Source of the DNA: Nemertoderma westbladi
Lineage: Eukaryota; Animalia; Xenacoelomorpha
Reading direction: 5' to 3'
Assembly (NCBI GenBank): GCA_032718475.1
Contig: JAUCBJ010008892.1
Location: 1-40,431 of the forward strand
DNA length: 40,431 nt
The position numbers and the translations under genes are program-made. Position 1 is the first letter of the stretch; each line of letters opens with the position of its first letter. Below are positions 23,401 to 34,959 of this stretch, piece by piece. The notes beneath the pieces were generated by a model. The model was not told the origin of the DNA, searched no databases, and saw only the letters and a program-made list of their open reading frames with translations.

Positions 23401-26400
23401 GTATTACTTGTAGTATAGTTGTATGTATATATTACAATTAGTATAAGTATAATTATCCGTACCTGTTAACTGAAGTTTTGCAGCCGCTTTCTCGATTGCC
23501 TTCTTGCGTGTAAGCCGAGAATGTTTCTTTATTAAAACTCGTGGTAACCATATCGACGAGTAACTATAGACGACATTGATAATCTCAAGGAGTTTATAGT
23601 ATGTAATACTACCTCTCTCTAGATAACACGACATAGAAAAGGGGGAATTTGAAACGTGGCCCTTTCTTCCTGTTGTTACCTTAGTGCAGGAATCCTCATC
23701 TGTTTCAGATAGAGGTTGATTTTCGTTGGGGGGTAATAATTCTTGGCACTGGTTTACTTTATCAATAGCAGTCACTGCACTATCATTGGATCTGGATGAA
23801 TTAATATTACCCGGCGATTGTGTCCCATCCTGGGACGAGGTACAGGAACTCGGAAATGTTGTCCCATCGTGTGATGAGCTTCGACAACTATGCAGTGATT
23901 TGACACCAAATGGATTCCAATTCTTAATTTCTATTCTATAAGAGGGTTTCTGTGACGATGTAATTTGGCGTTTTTGACGGGCGGATTTTCTGTGATTGAA
24001 TTTGGCCACATTTCTTGGTCTGAAGTTGAATCTCTCAAAATCTCTCGCTTGACGGGATGATGACTTACGAAATGCTGCGGGTGAATGTAAAGAAGAAACC
24101 GATTTCATATGTTTTCGCGATGTTCCTTTACGCTTATTAGAATGGGAGGAATTCAAAGATTTGCTGTTTTGATTAATTTTTTTCGAATATTTATGGCTTG
24201 CTGGTAGAGAAGTGCTCTTCTTACTATCCATTTCATTAAAGGATATGCTGGGTCTGCAGAATTCCATCATTTCCATATACGGCCAAGTAGACTTTGTAGA
24301 GGGATTTTGTTTTATCTTCTCTAATTCAGAAATGTAATGAGTTTTAACGGCATTCCACCTTATCCGTAAACAGAATTCTATAAGCAAAGAGGCACAAAAC
24401 ATGAGAATTATAATTTATTAACACTATGTTCAAATGTATTAGAGGTAAAAACAATTGAACTGCTAAATGACTTCATTTCACACAAAAAATGTAGAACATA
24501 GATATTGAAGGTCATATTACATTTTTGCTTGGTACAGTGATTGTGTACGGCTAAGTAAGTACGCCAATGTTGGTGGTACAGTGATTGTGTACGGCTAAGT
24601 AAGTACGCCAATGTTGGTGGTACAGTGATTGTGTACGGCTAAGTAAGTACGCCAATGTTGGTGGTACAGTGATTGTGTACGGCTAAGTAAGTACGCCAAT
24701 GTTGGTGGTACAGTGATTGTGTACGGCTAAGTAAGTACGCCAATGTTGGTGGTACAGTGATTGTGTACGGCTAAGTAAGTACGCCAATGTTGGTGGTACA
24801 GTGATTGTGTACGGTTAAGTAAGTACGCCAATGTTGGTGGTGCAGTGATTGTGTACGGCTAAGTAAGTACGCCAATGTTGGTGGTACAGTGATTGTGTAC
24901 GGCTAAGTAAGTACGCCAATGTTGGTGGTACAGTGATTGTGTACGGCTAAGTAAGTACGCCAATGTTGGTGGTACAGTGATTATGTACGGCTAAGTAAGT
25001 ACGCCAATGTTGGTGGTACAGTGATTGTGTACGGCTAAGTAAGTACGCCAGTGTTGGTGGTACAGTGATTGTGTACGGCTAAGTAAGTACGCCAATGTTG
25101 GTGGTACAGTGATTGTGTACGGCTAAGTAAGTACGCCAATGTTGGTGGTACAGTGATTGTGTACGGCTAAGTAAGTACGCCAATGTTGGTGGTACAGTGA
25201 TTGTGTACGGCTAAGTAAGTACGCCAATGTTGGTGGTACAGTGATTGTGTACGGCTAAGTAAGTACGCCAATGTTGGTGGTACAGTGATTGTGTGCGGCT
25301 AAGTAAGTACGCAATGTTGAAACCTGGGCTGGGCAAGTATAAAATTTTTTGACATTAATTAAATTGGTATAAAATAATTTACAAGGAAACAACAGATTTT
25401 AATCATGTATACTATATCGAATATAAGTGAAATTTATAAACAGGTACACAGTATTAATTATACATTTAAATCTAATTAAAGTTTATTGGAAGTTATCTCA
25501 TGCTTGGATGTGATAAATCATTAATCCGTCTTGACCTTGGTCGACTGAAGCAAACTTATTCACCGTCTGTGTCCGTTCAGTTTTACTCAACACTGTCGCC
25601 ATTTTCTTTGGTCATTTTAGTTGCTTCTATTAGACGTTTCGCCATAATGGAATACAGTACACGTTAAACAATTATTATTTACATACATTAGCTAGTCCTG
25701 AAGTCCCGTCACTGCAAACTGGATAATAAAGCAGCACTCTTTAACATAAATGGAAATAATACATTCTTGAATAAGGTAATTGAAGTTGTTTCAATGCCAT
25801 TGATTACTTTGCAGCGTTCCGTCCTATAGGCGGCAACGCTGCAAAGTAGTACTTTGCAGCGTTACGAGTAATTCACCAGAGCGCTGTTAAGTTAACATAA
25901 TGTAACAAAATGTATAAATGCGTATCCATAAAATCCTTTCTTCACATACCGAACGTTGATAAGTTGACATAATGTAACAAAATTACATACATCATTGTGT
26001 GCAAAGGACACTTTTCAGCGTTAAAGACCCTTGTCTATTTATGTAAACCTCCCTCGCTGCGTTCGCTCGGTACATAATTAAACTCGGGTCATAACAATGA
26101 TATAAATAGTTATATTTTACATATCTACTTAGGAAAGGTACCTCTATATCTGACAAGCAAAATATGGCTTCAATACCTACCGCCTTATTTGCATTATGAC
26201 CCCTTCTTCAAGCAAAATTGACCTCGATTGTTAAAACTGTATTAGGCAAATAACTTGTATTAGCGAACATAGCAGAGAAAGTTACAGCATGGATTGTACT
26301 TCCATGTGTTTTCCACATCGAATGCTTTTAAAGTTTACTCAGTGTGTGGTATGTACTAAAGTCCTAATTTTATTTGAAAGGTGTAATAAAAATAATTTAT

Positions 26401-29400
26401 TAACTCGCCTGAAACACAATTAAGAACAATATATATATATTGTTGGGCGAGTCAATACTGCCAGCCATCAGTGAACTGTTATAATTATACTATGGCCATT
26501 TTCTAAAAGTCTGTGCGGGTGAGTCAGTGTGTGTGAGTCGGTCATGGGGTCGTCCCTTCAGTGTGAAGATGGGCTGGGTCCGATCTCGGATCCAGTTCGC
26601 GTTAATCCACGGGGCCTCCCACTGCCTACGTGGCTCGAGAGTGAAGTGGAGAAGCGGGATGGGGTTCGAAGACGGAACAGGGTTACCGGAATTCAATATA
26701 GAATATTCAAACCAGAATATCACAATTCAAACAATTTACAGTAGCAGAATTCAACTTTTTAAATTTCCATCTTTTAGAAACAGTCACCTGGTGGTGGGTA
26801 TATTACGAAAATTGGGTCGTTTTTTGTATGTAAACCTATTAATGTATAAGTTTTTCTATATAGTTAAAATGATTAACTATCTAGCTGACTGTATAGGTAC
26901 ACTGTGCTGCATTTTGGTAGAGAAAGTATTAATAAACTCTAAATTACATAACTCACCACTAATTCCAAGAATCAAAGCAGCATTTTTAACAGCTGTAAAA
27001 CTATTTTTGGTACGCATTGCCGCATTACCAACAGGATTCCATAGAGCAGGAAAAGCATGGATAACGTTTATAAAGTGACCCCATGACTTATCAAACGTTT
27101 CTGCATATAATAATCTTATGAAAGTAATTCTGGCCTTGTTGACACAAGGTCCCAGAAACTGCATCTGTTCCATAAACGGCCAGCTAGATTTATACTCCTT
27201 CTTGCTGATTCTCTCTTTATATAGCTCCGTGCTAAAACATTTTCGGAGATTAGTCCAAGTCGAAAGGAATTTGTCAACTGAAAAACAACGAAATAATATT
27301 ATTTCTAAGATTAAAAGAAAATTAAGAAAACCCGAGGGTATATATAAAAACATATAAAACAATGTAAAAAGCTTTGGTGAGTAAACTATATTTTGACGTA
27401 GTATGGTATCAGTATAGTATGCTAAGAAGACGCATCACAGGTGGCCACGCAATGCAACACTTCCACTCCTTCACGACCCAAATGTAGGTATGCAATTCCA
27501 ATTCTTCACGCCCTAATTCATCACCAAATTTCACACCCACCGTCGAAAAATAAAAGTTTGTAATATCCTGCGCGATTTTTACTTATTCCATTGAATTGAG
27601 AATGTTTATATTCAATCCTGGGATTGTTTCTAACATTAAACCAAGATCATCAGCAACATCGAGATCCGAGGATCGTATTATCAAAAAAGCTTATTCTAGA
27701 ATTATAACTAATATACAATTTCATTTTAATTGTTATTATTGTTTATAAATAATCCACATATTAAAAATGGTTTACCTCTCATTTCAAGGGATCCAGCTAC
27801 TTCTTCAATGGCCTCATTTCTTAACTTCCTGTTAGGTGGAACGCGAGCATAGTTCCATATGACTGGCGTTTCCTTCACTCTATTTATGAAGTTTATCAAG
27901 TTATTGGTGTTGTTGAACTGATTCTCCAATACTTCATCTAGAAACTCATCAACTACAATATTACCTGTACCCAAATCATTCTCAGACAATGTATTCGATG
28001 ATTCATTGTATGTATTATCTGATTTTTCTTCTTTAATTACAGGTTCAGACTTAATTGCATGGTTGTCTTTGTATGTAATAATGTTTTTAAAGCTGTCATT
28101 GGACACACTGTTAGAATTTAGCACATGAGCATCAGAATAACCAACAAAACGATGTTCTTCGATAGCTGAATTATTTTCCATTTTGCAAATTGTATTGTGT
28201 AATGGGAGTAATGGGACAGACTTTCTGAAGTCATCGCCAACTGCTGGTAATACTGTACGTGTATCATCGTTTCTCAATGTAACAGGGACATTCTTTGGAT
28301 CAGAAATCATAGAATTTGTTTGGTTTGACTGCTGATTAACAATACCATGGCCTGGGGTTATCAATTGTATTTTCTTTGAAAGATGCTGTTTTCTGGGTTT
28401 CTCACCAGGTTGTCGATTTTGCCCATTACTGACGGATACTACCGACGAATTTAATCCACTCTCTATGCTTGTCACACTTCCTACGGGAATTGGTTGATTT
28501 AAGGGTTTGTGAGTATATGATTTCATACTAACAGGCTCCTCGAGGTTGTCGACTGAATGGTTGAGTGAGTTGGATTTAGTACATGGCACTTGTTTTTTCA
28601 AAGGTGCTGGGACAATAAGTTTCAGTAAATTATTACAATTGGTATTTTTAGATTGGTAATTAGATAAACTTCCATTTTGAATTACCGAGATATTTTCATT
28701 GTTGAAATATAACCATGGGGTGGATGGGGAAGTACTTACCGCCTTGGTTTCAGGTTGTACATCGATTTGTGATATTGGTGTGATTGTATTTAGAATCTTT
28801 GCTGCACTTTCAGGTTGTAAATTTACTTGCACGGTGGGTCTGTATTGTAGTGTGTTGGGGAGTGCCATATGGGTTGTATTTAGAACATCTGCGGAATTTT
28901 GAGGTTTTACCTTTAGGTGCTGTGCATGCTTGAATGCATGTGGATTCTTTGAGGTATTTCTAGGTTGTAAATTAAACTTCTTTTTTTTTATGGTGGTCGC
29001 ATTCATGATTGTTCCATAATTTCGAGTCTGTGGTGTAGGTGTGATTGGGTTTAGAAAATTTAAGGCGTTCGCCGTATTTGGAGATGCTGGATGTAGATGA
29101 CAAAAAATTGGTGAGTTTGCTTTGAGAATCATTCCACTTTTCCCAGGTTGATATAATTGAGGAAGATTATTAATAATTTTCTTTGGTAGAAGATGCATTT
29201 CTGGACCATTAATATTACCTCCAAATCCAGCTAACTGTTGCCCCACTGGCAAACCTTTGCTATCTTTCAATGGCAAAACCCCTTGAATATTTGCATCCTT
29301 ATTCGTCACCACCTGACTACTTCCACCATTATTACTCACAATCTTTCTAACTGCACCTCTATTAGTCAACACCTGACTACTTCCACCATTATTATTCACT

Positions 29401-32400
29401 ATCTGACTAAATGCATCTTTATTAGTCACAATCTGACTACTTATACAGTCATTCATCACCATTTGACTATTTCCAGTTCCACCATTATTCGCCACCATAT
29501 GACCAACTGCATCACTAATATTCACCACCTGACTACTTCCACCATCATTACTAACAATCTTTCTAACTGCACTTCTATTTGGCAATACCTGACTACTTCC
29601 ACCATTATTATTCACTATCTGACTAAATGCACCTTTATTTGTCAACACCTGACTACTTATACAGTCATTCATCACCATTTGACTATTTCCAGTTCCACCA
29701 TTATTCGCCACCATATGACCAACTGCAACACTAATATTCACCACCTGACTACTTCCACCATCTTTACTAACAATCTTTCTAACTGCACTTCTATTTGGTA
29801 ATACCTGACTACTTCCACCATTATTATTCACTATCTGACTAAATGCATCTTTATTAGTCACAATCTGACTACTTATACGGTCATTCATCACCATTTGACT
29901 ATGTCCAGTTCCACCATTATTCGCCACCATATGACCAACTGCAACACTAATATTCACCACCTGACTACTTCCACCATCTTTACTAACAATCTTTCTAACT
30001 GCACTTCTATTTGGTAATACCTGACTACTTCCACCATTATTATTCACTATCTGACTAAATGCATCTTTATTAGTCACAATCTGACTACTTATACGGTCAT
30101 TCATCACCATTTGACTATGTCCAGTTCCACCATTATTCGCCACCATATGACCAACTGCACTCCTATTTGTCAACACCTGACTACTTCCACCATTATTATT
30201 CACTATCTGACTAAAAGCACCTTTATTAGTCACAATCTGACTACTTATACGGTCATTCGTCACCATGTGACTATTTCCAGTTCCACCATTATTCGCCACC
30301 ATATGACCAACTGCACTTCTATTTGTCAACACCTGACTACTTCCACCATTATTATTCACTATCTGACTAAATGCACCTTTATTTGTCAACACCTGACTAC
30401 TTATACAGTCATTCATCACCATTTGACTATTTCCAGTTCCACCATTATTCGCCACCATATGACCAACTGCACCACTAATATTCACCATCTGACTACTTCC
30501 TCCTCTATTCGCCACCATCTGACTAACTGCACCATTATTCGCCACCATATGACCAACTGCACCACTAATATTCACCACCTGACTACTTCCACCATCATTA
30601 CTAACAATCTTTCTAACTGCACTTCTATTTGGCAATACCTGACTACTTCCACCATTATTATTCACTATCTGACTAAATGCATCTTTATTAGTCACAATCT
30701 GACTACTTATACGGTCATTCGTCACCTTGTGACTATGTCCAGTTCCACCATTATTTGCCACCATATGACCAACTGCACTTCTATTTGTCAACACCTGACT
30801 ACTTCCACCATTATTATTCACTATCTGACTAAATGCACCTTTATTAGTCACAATCTGACTACTTATACGGTCATTCGTCACCATGTGACTATTTCCAGTT
30901 CCACCATTATTCGCCACCATATGACCAACTGCACCACTAATATTCACCATCTGACTACTTCCTCCATTATTCGCCACCATCTGACTAACTGCACCATTAT
31001 TCTCCACCATCTGACTAACTGCACTTCTATTTGGCAATACCTGACTACTTCCACCATTATTATTCACTATCTGACTAAATGCACCTTTATTAGTCACAAT
31101 CTGACTACTTATACGGTCATTCGTCACCATGTGACTATTTCCAGTTCCACCATTATTCGCCACCATATGACCAACTGCACCACTAATATTCACCATCTGA
31201 CTACTTCCTCCTTTATTCGCCACCATCTGACTAACTGCACCATTATTCGCCACCATATGACCAACTGCACCACTAATATTCACCATCCGACTACTTCCTC
31301 CATTATTCGCCACCATCTGACTAACTGCACCATTATTCTCCACCATCTGACTAACTGCACTTCTATTTGGCAATACCTGACTACTTCCACCATTATTATT
31401 CACTATCTGACTAAATGCATCTTTATTAGTCACAATCTGACTACTTAAACAGTCATTCATCACCATTTGACTATTTCCAGTTCCACCATTATTCGCCACC
31501 ATATGACCAACTGCACCACTAATATTCACCACCTGACTACTTCCACCATCTTTACAAACAATCTTTCTAACTGCACTTCTATTTGGCAATACCTGACTAC
31601 TTCCACCATTATTATTCACTATCTGACTAAATGCATCTTTATTAGTCACAATCTGACTACTTATACGGTCATTCGTCACCATTTGACTATTTCCAGTTCC
31701 ACCATTATTCGCCACCATATGACCAACTGCACCACTAATATTCACCATCTGACTACTTCCTCCATTATTTGCCACCATCTGACTAACTGCACCATTATTC
31801 TCCACCATCTGAATAACTGCACTTCTATTTGTCACCACCTGACTACTTCCACCATTATTATTCACTATTGGACAAATTCCACCAATATTCTTCACCATCT
31901 GACTAACTGCACCATTATTCGCAACCATCTCACTACTTGCATCTATATTTGTCTCCTGAAAACTCTTATCACAATTCATCAATTTCTGATAACTTTGACG
32001 GAAAATTACTTTATTCAAATTTAAGCTTTTTGAATTTATTTTCTCACGACTGCTACTATATGAATCTTTGCATTGATCTTCTTTCCAGTTAGGCCATATT
32101 CGGTATTTTATATTTTTAATAGAATAATGCATATTGACTATTTCACTGGTGTTAACTGTGGACGAAGTAACTTCGGGTGTAGTTATTGGAGCAGGTGAAG
32201 CAACACTACTACTGGGTTTAATAACACTCTTGTAGACCAGGTTTAGAGGTTTTGTAGTATTAGTAACTTTAGGAAATGCAATGTCTTCAATCTGCAAATG
32301 AGAACTGTTTGTGAAAATATTGGGTTGAATATTCTGGTGGATTCTGCCTTTGGAAGACAGCCGGCTTTCAGAAGAATCAGCAGGTGATGAAATAGCACTT

Positions 32401-34266
32401 TTTGGTACCCAAACAAGTACATTTATTCGAAAAGAACTGTCTGTGCTAAAAATATAGTCCTTCACGAAGTCCATTTCTTGCAAAAAAAGAATTCCAGCTA
32501 TAGAAGTATTGCGACGAGGTTTTCGTAATTCTCTAGCGTAGACTAACTTTATATAATTCCAAAGTTTCGTAAAATCCATTCCTGAAAAAAAGTATAATAT
32601 GTAAAGATGTTTGGAATAATAATTCCGTCTATTGAAGTTTTAACAAAACAATCGCAAAATCGCGCAAATGTCCGCGTCTACTAATGCATGAACTGTCTCG
32701 TTGAATGGTACTACCAATCATACTACAAAAAAATTAACCGGAATGTGGGGATTAAACTCGGTCTGTAGAGATTCCAAGTTCCACGCTCTACCAACTGATC
32801 CTCTATGAAGCCTTAAAACAAAAACCCCAAGTGGAAATTAACAACAACCCCACCAACAACAACAACGGAGTGAATATTAGAGTTCTCGCTACGTGGAGCT
32901 AAAAATCTTTGAAGCTAATAAATTCATATATAGTATGGTCAGGTAACGATATCCGAAATCATTCTATCTTATGATGTTGTTATTTCATTACATACACAAA
33001 GGTAAAGTAATGTATATAGGTAAAGTTATCCGATGATGAGAAACACGACCCCCCCCCCCCCCCCCCCCCCCAGGTGCAAACTGTGAAGGTTCCTCTCCTG
33101 TAAAGGAGGGAGGTCAAAAGGAGTTAATTACTTCGGAGGGAGTTAATTACTTAATGAAACTGTCTGCTCCTTTTTTAGTGCTTTAACCAACAACCTTCCG
33201 AAAGGAAGAGCAATGCACTGACTCCCTCGACAATCTGTACATGATTGGTTTTCAATTGTAGAGCGTCAACATCATCCCTAAATTACCAGTTCAGCCATTC
33301 TAGTTATTTTTATTTTGGTTAAAAATCGAGGTTAAAAGAAACCATAACATAAATATGGCGAATAATGCCTCTGAAAACTGGCCTAAACGATCAACAAACA
33401 TGGTCCTAAAACATTCGCAATAAGTATAACCTTATCAATTAGGTAAACCGAAGGAAGCCGAGGAAAATCGACGCAAATAACAGGTGATTATCATCATTAT
33501 TGTTTTGATTAGAGTAATATGCCACTATAACCTGCACATTCCCCTTTATTAATAAAATAATATTGTTAATTAGCTAGGACAATATATTAATTCATTGAGT
33601 TGTGATTTACATCCCTTTCCACCACCCCCCATCTCTCCTAGTTACTTGTACCTAAAACTACTTAAAAGTCGTAAAAATAAACAAAAAAACAAAAAAAAAC
33701 TTAACAATCAATGTATGTAGCTCAAAACTAGTTTATTTACCTGTGGTAGAAAGTTTCAATGCAACGGCATCTATTGCAGCTCGCACATGTTCTTGGGAAA
33801 ATTTACCAGTTGTTAACCATAGAGCAGGATATTTTTTAACCAATCGTATCAAAGGTATATACCCCAACACCTGGTCAATATTATAATCGTCACCACCAGT
33901 AGTTACTCGGGACTTATTTGTTTGCTTGGGTGTCAAACCTCCACTACCGAGTTGTTGAAACCGTTCAGTTGTACTAGTATCTGCACTAATTCTCATGATA
34001 GTGGCTGCTTCAGCATCATCTATGGATCGGTTGTGAGCTGTTTCATCCAATAATAAATTCTCTAGCTTATTATTATCTTTAATAGGTACACAATAATTAT
34101 CGACCAATTCCATTTCTGTGCTGCTACTATTATCTACAATAAATCCTTGCAAATCCTTTTCTAATACGCATTGCTGACAGTCTTCTGATTCTGGTACAGA
34201 ATGCCGCTTATGACCACAACCCAAAACTATAACGTCTGGGCTTGTTTCAGCTGGATTATGAGCCAT
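20444..34266 (-). CDS. Multi-exon gene for a tandem 4x MADF (Myb/SANT-like, Adf-1 type) DNA-binding protein, about 2,400 aa or more
   Basis: Exons 34266-33741, 32581-27776, 27277-26957, 24377-23463, 21144-20620 (or to stop 20444) join through GT..AG phase-1 introns; each junction rebuilds a MADF pattern LI..V...P.(L/I)W ... A...VA..L | ..W..(L/I)(R/K)..Y..EL ... S.W.....M.F. Confidence 0.8.
20620..21144 (-). CDS. MADF gene coding exon 5 (C-half of MADF4 plus acidic region)
   Basis: Acceptor tttCAG 21147-21145; (V)ECFNVTWKRIRDLYSRELK...STWQMLPHLSFLNPH; probable donor G|GTAAAA at 20620/20619, otherwise the frame runs to a stop at 20444. Confidence 0.75.
21630..23265. mobile_element. Foldback-type Tc1/mariner relic with ~500-bp diverged inverted arms, in intron 4 of the MADF gene
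   Basis: tttgaaacacaactagttcaactcaccg...gttaccatgaagccg (~21654-21705) is the reverse complement of ~23193-23240; ttttggtggcaat...tttggtttgggtatgg (~22026-22079) mirrors ~22754-22810; a CAGGGTGTTCC Tc1-type terminus reads from 22881 on the minus strand. Confidence 0.7.
22272..22435 (-). pseudogene. Tc1/mariner transposase C-terminal remnant
   Basis: Minus strand reads IREFLIEN(frameshift)SGRWIGRDGHVKWPPRSPNI*...RRLDHVQHIGGGH, matching the GRWIGR...WPPRSPDL and ...GGH motifs; has a stop, a frameshift and an internal deletion. Confidence 0.75.
23463..24377 (-). CDS. MADF gene coding exon 4 (915 nt; C-half MADF3, S/K-rich linker, N-half MADF4)
   Basis: Acceptor TAG 24380-24378; RWNAVKTHYISELEK...STWPYMEMMEF ... 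LLEIINVVYSYSSIWLP...AIEKAAAKLQLT; donor G|GTACGG. Confidence 0.8.
24531..25319. repeat. 44-bp minisatellite (~18 nearly identical copies) in intron 3
   Basis: Unit ggtacagtgattgtgtacggctaagtaagtacgccaatgttggt, no spacers, only scattered single substitutions. Confidence 0.97.
26510..26690 (-). pseudogene. Possible short non-LTR retrotransposon RT fragment
   Basis: GC-richer island; minus translation PWINANWIRDRTQ resembles the WI..(W/F)L.DR.Q motif of LINE reverse transcriptases. Confidence 0.3.
26957..27277 (-). CDS. MADF gene coding exon 3 (321 nt; C-half MADF2 plus N-half MADF3)
   Basis: Acceptor tttttCAG 27280-27278; TWTNLRKCFSTELYK...SSWPFMEQMQFL ... FINVIHAFPALWNP...AVKNAALILGIS; canonical donor G|GTGAGT at 26957/26956. 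Confidence 0.85.
27776..32581 (-). CDS. MADF gene coding exon 2 (4806 nt; C-half MADF1, long repeat and low-complexity linker, N-half MADF2)
   Basis: Acceptor ttttttCAG 32584-32582; KLWNYIKLVYARELRK...FLQEMDFV; ends FINRVKETPVIWNY...NEAIEEVAGSLEMR; donor G|GTAAAC; open for about 1,600 codons. Confidence 0.85.
29300..31940 (-). repeat. Coding minisatellite, 30-bp (10-aa) unit with 36-bp variants and block duplications
   Basis: Units SQMVANNGAV, SQIVNNNGGS, SQVLPNRSAV, GHMVANNGGTGN, SQIVTNKDAF recur in ordered blocks; frame preserved throughout. Confidence 0.92.
32740..32802 (-). pseudogene. Degenerate tRNA-like or SINE head relic
   Basis: Minus strand gatcagttggtagagcgtggaacttggaatctctacagaccgagtttaatcccc has a box A-like element and a broken box B; stems do not close. 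Confidence 0.4.
33741..34266 (-). CDS. MADF gene first identified coding exon (N-terminus plus N-half MADF1)
   Basis: ATG at 34266; ends PLIRLVKKYPALWLTT...HVRAAIDAVALKLSTT; donor G|GTAAAT at 33741/33740. Confidence 0.8.
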
Positions 34267-34959
34267 TATTATTATTATTACAATATATATACTGTATAAG
34301 GATCATTTGCGATTAGAATTCACCCATCAATCATCTTAAATTAGTACAATTGAAATTATCATCACAAATCTTCAATAGACCAATGCTTGAAAGGATAGCT
34401 ATAAGATGTATCGTATCATACAACCTAGAAAAAAATACTTATAAAATATAACACCGATAAAATTTTAAATGAATTAATAAATTTAATATCTTAATATTGA
34501 AAAATTAACTGCACAAGAGAGAAAGTATAATTAATACAGTAAACAGCACAGATATCTCTAGTCTAATAGGAAACTGGAAACTCTAGTCGAATAGGTCAAA
34601 TAACCCTTCAGGTGAAGGACCTGCAGTGGCCATCATTACTGACGCCGCGTTCCCAACCAAGATGATGGCCACCAGGATCCACTGGAGGAGAAACCTGTAT
34701 GTTCTGGGTTCGTGCAACCAGGCATGGAGACTGGAACCAATCTCCTCTGCTGGTAATTTCGGCTCTGCTGGTAAAAAGCTCTTGCGGTCTCAAAGGGTCT
34801 CAAAGGAGGAGATTGGATGAAAACTATGGCCCCTCTCCCTTACCTCACCATAGTGTTCGTGTACTGCTCTATCTAGTACCTGTCTGATAGTTAGGCCTAA
34901 TGCTTGGTTTGCTCAATACATATTATATCATATTCCATGTCTGACTAACCACTAACAAC

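Noticed and set aside
24531-25319. CRISPR-like regular repeat
   Set aside because: Units are contiguous 44-mers with no unique spacers, no cas genes, and the context is a eukaryotic intron.
29238-32024. Plus-strand His/Thr/Ile-rich ORFs (187, 445, 185 aa)
   Set aside because: Antisense shadows of the in-frame coding repeat on the minus strand.
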